Positions 1 to 12,911 are shown, counted from the first letter of the stretch. The stretch: DNA of 64,000 nt from Eledone cirrhosa (GCA_964016885.1 OZ024762.1:25420001-25484000), one strand, 5' to 3'. Notes: a model not told the origin generated them from the sequence alone. Numbers and translations: made by a program.

Positions 1-228
1 GTAAAGAGAGTAAAGAGCAAAAGTAGGGGACGATAAGTCTAATTTTGGTGCGGGAATATGTTAATTCAAAATATTAACAAAATAGATATTCTTGTGATCA
101 ATTATATTTTATTATACATATTTCAGATGTACTGAGTTAAGTTCAACAGTACGACCTCATCAGATAAAATAAAGTGATACATGACATACCCTGACATAGT
201 AGATGGTTAAGATTCAGTCAAGGTAGTC

Positions 229-374
<146 letters not shown>

Positions 375-416
375 ATTTATTAAAATAACAGATTAACGTT
401 TAAGCAAAGAATCGCT

Positions 417-465
417 GTTTCAGAAGATCCCGTTAAGGGTGAAAGCAACGATTCTTTGCTTAAAC
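417..465 (+). ncRNA. Type-I hammerhead ribozyme-like motif (variant core CAGAAGA) in the loop of a fold-back
   Basis: GTTT-CAGAAGA-TCCC GTTAA GGGT-GAAA-GCAA cgattct TTGC-TT-AAAC: stems I, II and III all pair. A second copy lies at 17163-17215 (-). Flanked by inverted arms ~391-420/445-472. Confidence 0.65.
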
Positions 466-670
466 TTTAATCCGTTAGTTTAATAAATATTTGCTCTACG
501 GTTCTTATATATTTGATAGATATTTATCCTTATCGAGCCCCCTTTGGAATTTAGTCTTCAAATTTATTATTATTACTATATATATATATATAACGAAGGA
601 ATTGTGGTAAGGAACCAGGTGGACCGTAACGCCCAAGAGTACTCAATACTTAGGGTAGTAGAGTGGGTAA

Positions 671-1075
671 TAGGAAAAGGTATGACCCTGACGGCAGAGC
701 TCAAGCCGTTTCGACGGCTTTTTCTGGACTAAATTAGAATTTTTAGCCTGGTAAATAAATAGCCGAACTTATCAAGGGGTAGTTCCTTATATGGGAAGAT
801 TGTAATTGTCAAGAGGATTTGTCAAAATGTGTTGTAAAGACAAATAAATCTATCATGGCATTTGGTGGGAGGTAGCGGTGGCTAAACTTGCCAGTAGACC
901 AAAGAAGGAGTGAGTAAAGCCAGTCAGGCGTTGAAAGTGAAATCTATACAGCAGATTCTAGGGATAGTGTATGAAAAGTCAAAAAATTGTTCTGGAGAAA
1001 AGGAGGGGGGGGGGGGGAGTTTAAAAAATAGGTAAGTCGAATAGGAGTGGGAAGCAATGAAAATAAAAAATAAAT
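671..1075 (-). mobile_element. PLE pseudo-LTR segment, family A
   Basis: Inverted near-identical copy at ~3900-4300. Related copies at 7265-7703 and 8085-8533. Linked to the GIY-YIG tail at 3.5-3.7 kb. Confidence 0.7.
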
Positions 1076-1099
1076 AAATATATATATATATATATATAT

Positions 1100-2747
1100 A
1101 TTTATTTATTTATTTGTTGCAAACATAGATTAAACTCAACGTTTAAATATAAATTTAAATTTAAAATGTAGTATATTTAGTTTGATTTATGTTTATATGG
1201 GAAACTATCGGATAAATCTTTGATTCCTTCTTTTTATTCTTTTTATTTTTTATTTTTATTTTTATTTTATTTTTATTTAAACATTCCTCATGAAAAATTA
1301 AGCTACCCTAAAAGCTGATGCTCCAAATATTTTGAATAAACCTTACACTAGATAAACTTCTATATTAAATATAAGAACACATGTAGACCAAATTGAGCAT
1401 CATAAACTTTTTGAAATGATCTTTGCTTGATGTGATTTGATAGATAATTTTTGGCTTTGTCTGTTTTTCGACTCTGATGCTTATAATGAACTTGGCAATA
1501 TATTGTCAATTAATTTTGAAGGGTTGATCTTTGTGGTTTATTTTTATTTTTATTATTGTAGTATTTTCTAATATTTTTTATTTTTATTTTTATTTTTATT
1601 TTTAATATCTTTAATATGTACATTTTTTAATATGTAATATTTTTAATATGTAATATTCTTTCGTAATATTTTTTTTTTTTTTAGTTTTCTATTTTCTATT
1701 TTATTATTACTTATTATTATTATTGTTATTTTTTTAGTTTTGTTTCTGATATATATTTTTATTAGTATATTGAAATCTGCTCTCTATTTCTGCTTGATAG
1801 ATAATCTTGTAGAGTAAAGACAGGAATAAGATTACACATATATGTATACTCAAATTTTTATACCACATTGAGAATGTTTTCCGTGAACTTAGAGTTTGCA
1901 GAGTTGATCATGTGGATTCACATGGATGTTTGTAGCTATCACATAAACATATGAATTTTTTTAAAAAACTAAACATAAGATAATTAATTTTCACACACTA
2001 TGGATACTTGTCTCATTCAGGAATACTGATATTTACAATATAGTGGAAGTTTTATAAATACTAATACATTAAAACATAGGGTTTTTACGCCTCGAATATA
2101 TCTGGTTATTTTTAAATTTTTTCTCTCGCTATTTTTTTCTCTCTCTATATTTTTTATCTCTCTATATATCTCCCTTACATTAATACTAAAGCTAAATAAA
2201 TAAATAAATAAATGTATCATTGATACATTTACCCAACTGATCTCCCACTACCTAATTTTCTATATATATATGTATCTATCTCTATTTCCTCTCCCTATAT
2301 ATATATATATATCTTTCTTTACATGAAGTTCTTCTCTTTATCTATCTTTCCATCTCTCTATTTTGTTCCATGCATTTCTTCTTTTTCTTCTTTTTCTTCC
2401 TTTTCTTCGTTTTCTGTCTTTCTTTCTTTTTTTTTTTTCTCTCTTTCTTTCTCTCTGTGTAAAATTTTTTCACTGCCAATCCAACCTCTTCAAATGCAAG
2501 TCGGTGTTGTTACGGTATGTCGAATCTATTTATCTATAAAACTGTTTATATTGTATTTTGTCTGAGGAAGGCATAGCATATTGTTAATATGATATCCCCG
2601 AAATATATATAATGAAATAGATATGGTTTTATAAATATAGTTTCCATTTATTTAATATTGTAAATATACTCCAAATATTTGTCGAGTGCTTTTATATCAG
2701 TTATAAATATTTACTAGTTGCAACCCAACAATTTTAAATATAACTTT

Positions 2748-2750
<3 letters not shown>
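1100..2750. mobile_element. Degenerate PLE-like insertion(s), family B end, nested in a (TA)n tract
   Basis: The minus strand near 1740-1810 reads KIIYQAEIESRFQYTNKIYIR (GIY-YIG-like). The right end 2554-2750 carries a hammerhead and a terminal motif shared with 8555-8810 and 19100-19300. Confidence 0.5.
2554..2629 (+). ncRNA. Type-I hammerhead ribozyme, family B
   Basis: TATTTTGT-CTGAGGA-(stem II)-GAAA-TATATA-TA-ATGAAATA: canonical core, palindromic stem III, 8-bp stem I with two G-U pairs. Confidence 0.75.
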
Positions 2751-2813
<63 letters not shown>

Positions 2814-2879
2814 GAATATATATAAGAAATGAATAAATTGAATATATATAAGAAATGAATAAATTGAATATATATAAGA

Positions 2880-3720
2880 AATGAATAAAAAAACAAAAAC
2901 AGTAGAGTCTATAAACATCTGCTATAATTAGTAGGTGTTGCTAGTACGGCAAAGCTATAGAAAAGTTTAATAAGTAGAGAATGGAAAATACTAAATAAGA
3001 ATTGTAGAAGTGGGTAGTGAAAAATATAATGCAAACTTAACAGGGGGTCTAACACAGCTGCTATAAATAGTTAGTAAAGCGTAATCAGCCAATGCTATCT
3101 TATAATTACAGGTTAGTAAGTTGAGAAAAGAAAATACTAAATAAGAAATATTGAAATTGTAGAATGTGAGTAGTAACAAAAAAGAAATTACACGGGTGTA
3201 ACACATCTGCTATAAAGTTAGTAAAGCGTAATCGGCCAATTCTATCTTAAAATTACAGGGGTGGTGGTACTGCGGCTACAGAGGACCGATGGGCTGCATC
3301 GGGGTAGGCGAAAGGGGAAAAACAGACGAGGAAGTGATAGGATTAGACGGGGGGGGGAGGAAACGTAGAGGAAAATAAAAGAGGTACGTCTACCTATGTA
3401 AGCAGGGGTTTCCCCTTATTTATTCGGCAATTAGGGGTATCAACCCTTGTCTACCCACCCGGGTCGTTATGGGGTTTCAGGGCGAGGTAAGTCCTACGCA
3501 ATCTGTGTTTCTATGCGGTTACCAGTTCGTCTTTCTTGTTTAGGAGTTGGTCCTTCGAAAACAGCATTTGTAATGTTTCCACCGAACATAAGTTACACGG
3601 GCGGCGTCCTCCCGTGTAAGAGTTAGCTCTGGACAGTAAGCACCAAGTGAGATTGTAGGTTATATTATTATCTTTGAGGTCCCAGATGTGGCCCGAAAGT
3701 GTAGTTTGCATTATATTTTT
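2880..3720 (-). mobile_element. 5'-truncated Naiad-type PLE: GIY-YIG C-terminus plus 3' region
   Basis: TTLSGHIWDLK...W.LLSRANSY...CNLC..E......LLNKKDELVTA*KH matches the PLE endonuclease C-terminal motifs and the copy at 15.4-15.7 kb. Confidence 0.8.
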
Positions 3721-3721
3721 C

Positions 3722-3869
3722 ACTACACACTTCTACAATTTCTTATTTAGTATTTTCCATTCTCTACTTATTAAACTTTTCTATAGCTTTGCCGTACTAG
3801 CAACACCTACTAATTATAGCAGCTGTTTCTAGACTCTACCGTTTCTGTTTTTTATTCATTTCTCACTAT

Positions 3870-3905
<36 letters not shown>

Positions 3906-4296
3906 TTGTTTTATTTTCATTGTCTCCTACTCCTATTCGAATTACCTATTCTTTGAACTCCCCTCCTCCTTTTCTCCTGAACAATTTTTTTACTTTTCAT
4001 ACACTATCCCTAGAATCTGCTGTATAGATTTCACTTTCAACGCCTGACTGGCTTTACTCACTCCTTCTTTGGTCTACTGGCAAGTTCAGCCACCCCTACC
4101 TCCCACCAAATGCCATGACAGATTTATTTGTCTTTACAACAAATTTTGACCAATCCTCTTGACAATTACAATCTTCCCATATAAGGAAGTACCCATTGAT
4201 AAGTTCGGCTATTTATTTACCAGGCTAAACATTCTAATTTAGTCCAGAAATAGCCGTCGAAACGGCTTGAGCTCTGCCGTTGGGGTCATACCTTTT

Positions 4297-4300
<4 letters not shown>
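3722..4300 (+). mobile_element. Inverted pseudo-LTR abutting the 5' truncation point of the PLE
   Basis: 3725-3865 is the reverse complement of ~2880-3020, and 3900-4300 is the reverse complement of ~671-1075. Confidence 0.75.
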
Positions 4301-4344
<44 letters not shown>

Positions 4345-4734
4345 TATGTATGTATATGTATATATAGTATGAGCGTAATATTTTTCAGATATGAATGGAA
4401 ATATGTATATACAGGGTCTCCCCCAAATATATATGCATACATATTTGTTAGAATACTGTTGAAGTGTCTATACATTTATTAGGAACACACTGTATGTATA
4501 TATGTCTGTGTGTGTGTGCTTGTGTGTGTTATTATGTGTGAGTATATTTTTGCAATTTTATAAGAAATACTGTGGAGCATCGGAAAATTATGAATATGTA
4601 TATATATATGTGTGTGTTTGTGGCGGGGGCGGTGTATGTATTTGTGGGTGTATTTGTGTGTATGTGTGTAATGGTGAATTTAGTGTTACAGGTATTAGTA
4701 TTACAGACATTGTACTTTAAGTTATTTTAATGTA

Positions 4735-4915
4735 ACCTTATACACACAACACAGAAAAACAAGATGGTGTAGGAAAGAACAAAGGAGAGATACAAAATAA
4801 CAAATCAGTCACTGAGGAGGTCAAAGAATGTGTGATGAATGTGCTTAGACAATATATAAACAACCATTCGGTTATTGAACGAAAAAACAGAAAATTTGTG
4901 AAGTGAAAACCAACA
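4735..4915 (+). repeat. Dispersed repeat (PLE 3' region), second copy at ~53375-53555
   Basis: Shared sequence aaaacaagatggtgtagga...aacaaaggagaga...gaggaggtcaaa...gaagtgaaaacca. Confidence 0.7.
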
Positions 4916-5124
4916 GGTGAGTGTGGTTTATTTGGTAGGATGAGCCCCCCCCCCCCCAAATTATAACAATATCTGTTTCAACACTCGTTTTCAGATAAGA
5001 AATCTTGCAAAGCAAATTCAAAAACGAAGTATATATATACATGTGTGTGTGTGAATGTGTGTGCACGTACATGTGTATATATTCATGTGTATGTACAATA
5101 TATATATTCCTGAGTGTGTGTATA

Positions 5125-5345
5125 CAGGTAATAACAAAATAAGATAAACGACACAGTGCACGGAAAAATATTAGGTTAACGCTTGTAATAGCAGGAAGAG
5201 AGACTTCACATTTCGGACACTAGTCCGTCGTCAGAAATTAAAGTAAGAAATCGAGGATAAGTAGAAAGTAAAGAGTGATAAGAGGAAGGTGCGGGGAAAA
5301 ATGAGACAGAAAAATCGTGGAGAAAAAAAAACACACGTGCGTAAA
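5125..5345 (-). mobile_element. PLE pseudo-LTR relic with minimal hammerhead motif at ~5203-5238
   Basis: Minus strand reads ATTT-CTGACGA-CGGAC TAGT GTCC-GAAA-TGT-G-AAGT. Homologous copy at ~17355-17570. Confidence 0.6.
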
Positions 5346-5360
5346 ATGTCGGCCATCTTG

Positions 5361-5406
<46 letters not shown>

Positions 5407-5849
5407 ATATATATATATACACCGGCATCATTGCATGTATCCGTGTGAATCTATGGACTTGGCAGCTAACTAAAAATTCCAATGACATGCGGAAGAAGAA
5501 TCAGTTTTGACGGTGGTGAAATGGAAGTAGAATCTATCGCTTTTGGCTATATATAACACTGTAGAACCACTTATTATACCACCATATTCTCCCCCATAAA
5601 CATACATACATATATACACACATATATTATGTTTATATATAATGTATATATACATACATATATCTGTATAAAAATACACATGTATATATATGTATGTCCA
5701 TACACACACACATATATATATGTATGTATGTATGTATACTAACATATGTATATACGAGTTAACATATTCCTGTGTAAACGTGCATGTTACATATATGTGT
5801 ATAGCTGAGTGCATTTAAGTACTCATACATTATATATGTATACATACAT

Positions 5850-5922
<73 letters not shown>

Positions 5923-6198
5923 AAATATATACACCAACTGGTGCAGCAGTGATACTGCGTTATGGCCGGCTTAAGCGTCGAAAGTTATGTGGCTATTACG
6001 TTGATGTGTCAAGTTAGATCTTTATCATGAGAGAAAGACGATTCAATTATAGATGTAATATGCAAATCTGCACACAGTCAAACTGCATTTCACGCTAGCC
6101 TTAGTACAGAAAGTAGCCCTCACTTGCTGAAATTATTAATAATAGATTTTTTCCTTATCTAAGCTATCCTCCTCATCGTAGTGGGGGAAGAAGAGGTG

Positions 6199-6335
<137 letters not shown>

Positions 6336-6432
6336 GTATGTATATGCATATATCCCACATCATACACCCACACACAGACACAGACACACACACATATATA
6401 TCATTCAAAGGTCTTATGTATATATATATCAA

Positions 6433-6468
<36 letters not shown>

Positions 6469-6523
6469 GGAATTTGGCCGGAGTACCGCTAAAAAGCTTT
6501 CTCCGATATTGTATTTATTTATA

Positions 6524-6567
<44 letters not shown>

Positions 6568-6568
6568 C

Positions 6569-6616
<48 letters not shown>

Positions 6617-6669
6617 GTATATATATATCATTAAAAGTCTTATATACATATATTATATATTTATATCAG

Positions 6670-6740
<71 letters not shown>

Positions 6741-6805
6741 GTCTGATATATATATATATATATATATAAAAGGTCTGATATATATATATATATATATATA
6801 AAAGG

Positions 6806-6861
<56 letters not shown>

Positions 6862-7104
6862 CAGTAAAAGGTCTTAAATGCTGAATGTTTCCTAAGTGAA
6901 GACTAATGTAATATTTCTTTTATTCGCTGTGGCTATCAATGCTTCCATTTGTTTGACGGCGGCCATGACAGGCCAATGCAATAAAAGGGGCATTTGTATT
7001 TTGTCAATCACATTCGATGTTACATCTAATATATTTTTCCAAGGTCTGGTATTCCTTACATGGATCACTATTTTTCAAACATACAGACACACACACACGT
7101 ACAT

Positions 7105-7148
<44 letters not shown>

Positions 7149-7264
7149 GTGTCTGTGTCTGTATGTGTGTGTTTATACAATATATATGTATTTAATATTA
7201 TATATATATATATACAGGGTGTCCGAAATAAATGTACACAATACTTAGTGTAGTAGAGTGGGTA

Positions 7265-8533
7265 ATAGGAACGAGTAGGACACCGACGGTTGAGCTCAAG
7301 CCGTTTTGACGGCTAATTCTGGACTAAATGAACACTTTTATACTGGTATATGAATAGCCGAGCTTCTCAGGGGGTAATTCCATATATGGTAAAAGTGATT
7401 GTCACAAGGATTGGTCAAAAGTTTGTTGTTGAGACACATAATTCTATCATGGCAATTTGTGGAAGGAAGGCGTAGCTGAACCTGCCAGTAGAAGAGAGAG
7501 GGAGAGGGGGTGGAGGAAACCCAGTTGTGCGTTGATAGTTCCAACTACAGCAGGGCAGGAGGGCAAGCAAGTATACTAGGGAGGGGGAGGAAGTCGATAC
7601 AATAAGTAAAACAATATGGGGTAAATATATAGAAGAATACCGATAATGTTAAAAAAAAACCAATTAAATATAAAAAGAACAATTTCTGGTTACTATTCCC
7701 TATCAAATTGTTCATATACTTCGTACGAGCATGTATGTAGTTTGCACTAGAATTTTTGTATCGTAGCGGCACCCTTAGAGATAGTATTAAGTATTCATTT
7801 TCGGGATTCTGAATTATTATTTCGTATTAGTTTATTTTTTGCACTGGGTGGTTGCTGGCCTTATGCCTAGGGTAGAAACAATTATTTCGTATTAGTCTCG
7901 GGACTCTGAATTATTATTTCGTGGTAGTTTCTTTAGTATTTTGGACTTCCACTTGTTGACCTGTCACCGCAAGATATACTCGGTTGATTAGTACTAACTC
8001 TTAATAGGGTCTCATTATAATTCCGTTCCACCTAGTAAACTTTTCTATAGTTTAGCAGTACCAGTGAGAGACTTAATAGCTGTCGTTAGGGAATAGTAAT
8101 CAGAAATTGTTTTTTTTATATTTAATTGTTTTTTTGTTTTTTTTTTAACATTCTCGGTATTTTTCTATATATTTACCCCATATTGTTTTATTTATTGTTT
8201 CGACTTCCTCCCCCTTCCTCTCCCTAGTATACTTGCTTGACCTCCTGCCCTGCTGTAGTTGGCACTATCAACACACGACTGGGTTTCCTCCACCCCCTCT
8301 CCCTCTTTCTTCTACTGGCAGGTTCAGCTACCCCTTCCTTCCACAAATTGCCATGATAGAATTATGTGTCTCAACAACAAACTTTTGACCAATCCTTGTG
8401 ACAATCACTTTTACCATATATGGAATTACCCCTGAGAAGCTCAGCTATTCATATACCAGGATAAAAATGTTCATTTAGTCCAGAATTAGCCGTCGAAACG
8501 GCTTGAGCTCAGCCGTCGGGGTCCTACTCGTTC
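7265..8533. mobile_element. Inverted pair of family A-related pseudo-LTRs
   Basis: Arms ~7265-7703 and ~8085-8533 are reverse complements. Both share the ccagaa..agccgtcgaaacggcttgagctc motif with 671-1075 and 3900-4300. Confidence 0.75.
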
Positions 8534-8554
8534 AAATATATATATATATATATA

Positions 8555-8810
8555 TATAAGTAGAAGGTATATTTAATTTGTTGGAAATACAACAAATAAA
8601 TATAAATTTTTATAACTGATTCAGAGCACTCGGCAGTTTCCGAAGTAAATATTCAATGATATTAAATAAATGGAGACTATATTTATAAAACCATATTTAT
8701 TCTATTATCTGATGATAGTGTACCAAAATTTTGGTACCCTTGAAATATATATAATTGAATAAATATGGTTTTATAAATATAGTTTCCATTTATTTAATAT
8801 CATTGCATTG
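8555..8810 (+). mobile_element. Family B fold-back relic with hammerhead motif at 8709-8753
   Basis: CTGATGA-tagtGTACCAAAATTTTGGTACcctt-GAAA-TATATA-TA lies between inverted copies of aataaatatggttttataaatatagt. Confidence 0.7.
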
Positions 8811-8873
8811 TATATATATATGTATATATTTATATACATATATATATAAATATATATATATATATTTATATAT

Positions 8874-8921
<48 letters not shown>

Positions 8922-8999
8922 ATATAAATATATATATATATATTTATATATATATATATATGAAATATAAGAATCAAAGAACTGTTCAAAACATTATTG

Positions 9000-9046
9000 T
9001 GCTTACAGCTGTTTCCTCCAAACCGAGGTTTGGATTCTTCGGAGCA
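9000..9046 (-). ncRNA. Type-I hammerhead motif (core CCGAAGA), mirror copy
   Basis: Reverse complement of 10266-10312. Confidence 0.7.
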
Positions 9047-10265
9047 ATTTATTAATGTATGGACAGTTATATGACCTCCTTTTCAGCCGAGAGACATACC
9101 AATACATATTCAAACATTGATACATATTCAAACATTGTGGGTCAACATTCATTACAGAGTTTAGAGTGGCAGTACACACTTCGAGATTACATTTATATTA
9201 ATAGGTACAATCAAAAATGAAAGATATAGGTTAAAGTACAACATGAAGATAAGTGGTTATATAGTGCAAATGTTATATGTGTGGCACGCATGTGCGTCTT
9301 GTTTATATAGTGTGGCAGAGAGATATGTGTGGTAGAGGCACTTAGGTAGGTAAATAAGAGTGTTAGGTTGGTAGATCTGGTGGCAAAGTCTTTATATGAT
9401 TGATATAGTCTGTGTGTGGAGAAATATTATAAGCATTAAAGATAGTGCAAGCATTAAAAGTGTTATAAGTATTGGAGATGCACAGCGCAGGGATGTCAAG
9501 TAATTCATGTACTTCGGCATTTTCATGGTCAAGGAGTGTATATTTCGATTATATTCCTTTCACATAATCCACGACAATCCAGTTAGAGATCGTAGTCTGG
9601 TGTTCTTTAGTTCGATACAGGAGGTTGTTACGTTTCGAGAAACGCCATACTTCCGGTATTCAATGGCGTTTCTCGAAACGTAACAACCTCCTGTATCGAA
9701 CTAAAGAACACCAGACTACGATCTCTAACTGGATTGTCGTGGATTATGTGAAAGGAATATAATCGAAATATACACTCCCTTGACCATGAAAATGCCGAAG
9801 TACATGAATTACTTGACATCCCTGCGCTGTGCATCTCCAATACTTATAACACTTTTAATGCTTGCACTATCTTTAATGCTTATAATATTTCTCCACACAC
9901 AGACTATATCAATCATATAAAGACTTTGCCACCAGATCTACCAACCTAACACTCTTATTTACCTACCTAAGTGCCTCTACCACACATATCTCTCTGCCAC
10001 ACTATATAAACAAGACGCACATGCGTGCCACACATATAACATTTGCACTATATAACCACTTATCTTCATGTTGTACTTTAACCTATATCTTTCATTTTTG
10101 ATTGTACCTATTAATATAAATGTAATCTCGAAGTGTGTACTGCCACTCTAAATTCTGTAATGAATGTTGACCCACAATGTTTGAATATGTATCAATGTTT
10201 GAATATGTATTGGTATGTCTCTCGGCTGAAAAGGAGGTCATATAACTGTCCATGCATTAATAAAT

Positions 10266-10312
10266 TGCTCCGAAGAATCCAAACCTCGGTTTGGAGGAAA
10301 CAGCTGTAAGCA
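10266..10312 (+). ncRNA. Type-I hammerhead motif (core CCGAAGA)
   Basis: TGCT-CCGAAGA-aTCCAAAC ctcg GTTTGGAg-GAAA-CAGCTG-TA-AGCA: palindromic stem III, GUA cleavage triplet. Confidence 0.7.
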
Positions 10313-10517
10313 CAATAATGTTTTGAACAGTTCTTTGATTCTTATATTTCATATAACTGCTCTGTAAATCATCTGATGTTTTTACATTGAGCTACTTAAC
10401 TTACTGGTAATAAGGTAGTAATACATTACTGCCTACCACTATTTAGGGTGTGTGTAAAATACTTACAACTGCTTAAGGCTTTGTATTTACATAACCATAA
10501 ATAGTATAACTAATACT

Positions 10518-10844
<327 letters not shown>

Positions 10845-11387
10845 ATCCCGTGTTAGAATCGTGGATGGGGTTAGGATCTACATATATATATCGGAGAAGA
10901 AATCATCGTAACACGAGAGCTGGAGTCAATACTAATCCTCATCTATGAAAGATTTGAGCGGAGCTTACTTGAACATTGTGATCAAATACGTGAAAATATC
11001 TAGTCACGCTAGCAGCATGCTGCTCATGTAAACGACAACGTTACATACCACTGTGGTTTTATCGCAACAATGCAAAGTTGACCTTGCAGCCCACACGAAG
11101 GAGCGGTGGATGATCCACAGACTCTAGAGCAGAATAAATCTGTGTCAAGCTCAACCTGTCAAAAGATTTGCGGGACTGCCGCGGGCCTGAAGAGCCTTAT
11201 GTGAATTCATTTAATCTAGATAGATACACTAAAATCTTTTGCCTATATATTTTTCTTTTTAAAATCCCTGTTGAATCCTCATTTGTCGTTAACGACGAGT
11301 GAATCCACCAGAATATATATATAGAGAACCGTTAGTGAGCCTTCTTTGTATTTAGTTCTTTGTATCTATTGTTGTTAGTATTGTAAG

Positions 11388-11580
11388 GGCGTTGGATTGG
11401 CAGTATCGGTAGAGGGTCGGACCCCAAGCTTCGCAGCATAGAGAGTTATGACCCTTTTCATCGTGAGTTCAAATCCCGCCGAGGTTTACTTTGCCTTTCA
11501 TCCTAACGATGTCGATAACATAAAATACCAGTAATGCACTGGAGTAATTGCTGGTCTTGTGCCAAATGTAGAAATAAATA
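11388..11580 (+). mobile_element. tRNA-derived SINE, family 1
   Basis: A box tggcagtatcgg, B box gagttcaaatcc, body ctttgcctttcatcc...gtcgataa. Six copies in the window. Confidence 0.85.
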
Positions 11581-11764
11581 ATATTACTGTAGTATCTATA
11601 TATATATATATATAACTTTGATTAAAATGGCAGGAGACTGGATGGATGATTTGCGTAACGTTGAGTACTTCCCTACTAATACATCACGATTAACTATACG
11701 GAATGGACAGGCCTATACAGTGGTAAACCACTAAACTTAACTGCATATATATATATATATATAT

Positions 11765-12515
11765 ATACACACAGTTCAAGAGTAACAAATCTTAAAGAGA
11801 GAGATGGAGATAGGAGAGGAGAGATTGGTGAATTAGTTAGAAGCCAAAGCGTAATGGCATGTGCTCAATGTGCAATATGCAGTAGAAAGTAACTAGGTGG
11901 CTGGGTTCATGCAGAAGTTAAGCAAAACAAGACCACAAATTCCTCAAGGAATACATTATTAAAAGATTGTCAACATATATTAGTTTGATGTAAGGAATGT
12001 AGAGAATAATAATAATAATATTAATAATAATAGTGTCTATTTACAATCGTTTCGCTACTCCATATAATTCTGGATCAGATGACTATATATCACCCATAAT
12101 CAAGCAGTATTCATTGTGTGAATCTGCCTATAGGCAGATCTCACACAATGCAGACTCGACAGATGAATACTGATTGATTATGGCTGACAACTGATACAAC
12201 CAGGACACCATAGTGAAATACCAATATATGGAACATTACATTATGTAACATTCTCTCCTTATTTTAATTTGAAGTTCCGATGAGCCGCTCTGTTTTTAAA
12301 TATGTTAATTATTTTCAACTGAACCAGATCAATAATGATATATAGTCATCTGATCCAGACATATTATATGGAGTAGCGAAACAATTGTAAACGGACATTA
12401 TTATTATTAATATTATTCTTATTATTCTCTACATTCCTTACATTAAAATAAAATATGTTGACCATTTTTTAATGTCTTCCTTGTTAAATATGTGGTCTTG
12501 TTTTGCTTAACTAAT
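11765..12515. mobile_element. Dispersed repeat family C with internal inverted duplication
   Basis: ~11930-12090 is inverted relative to ~12335-12515. A homologous copy lies at 50675-51450. Confidence 0.7.
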
Positions 12516-12518
12516 GAA

Positions 12519-12581
<63 letters not shown>

Positions 12582-12586
12582 ATATC

Positions 12587-12663
<77 letters not shown>

Positions 12664-12848
12664 GTATGTATATATATGTTTATAGAATTCTTTCTGCCTT
12701 TGTTACTCTAAATATAAATTATAGCTTTAAAGAATTAGCTTTTAATGAATTCCCTTTTCTATCAACCAATGACCTCTACCCATCCCACTCCCTACCCTCT
12801 CCTACCACCCGAAGAGGCCTATAAACAGCATATTTCTTTTTGATACCC

Positions 12849-12899
12849 AGATTCCTGATGATTTCTAAAGAATGAAACAGTTCTAGTCCTGTAGAATCT
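12849..12899 (+). ncRNA. Canonical type-I hammerhead ribozyme, family D
   Basis: AGATTC-CTGATGA-TTTCT AAA GAAT-GAAA-CAG ttctagtc CTG-TA-GAATCT: perfect 6-bp stem I, intact core, GUA triplet. Confidence 0.8.
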
Positions 12900-12911
12900 C
12901 TTCTATATTAA

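Larger units (their letters stand above)
8957..10355. repeat. Near-perfect 1.4 kb palindrome (PLE 3' end in inverted duplication)
   Basis: Arms ~8957-9648 and 9663-10355 with a 14-nt spacer; I can see only 2 mismatches. Each arm has a decayed GIY-YIG-like tail (LLYRTKEH...HSLDHENAEV) and a hammerhead. Confidence 0.95.

Noticed and set aside
11388-11480. tRNA genes at SINE heads
   Set aside because: A and B boxes are present but there is no full cloverleaf. They continue into a shared SINE body, and one copy has a TSD.
12170-12240. Hammerhead in repeat family C (ctgattga-ttatgg...ccatagt-gaaa)
   Set aside because: A stem II-like pairing exists, but the core differs between copies and stems I and III do not form properly.
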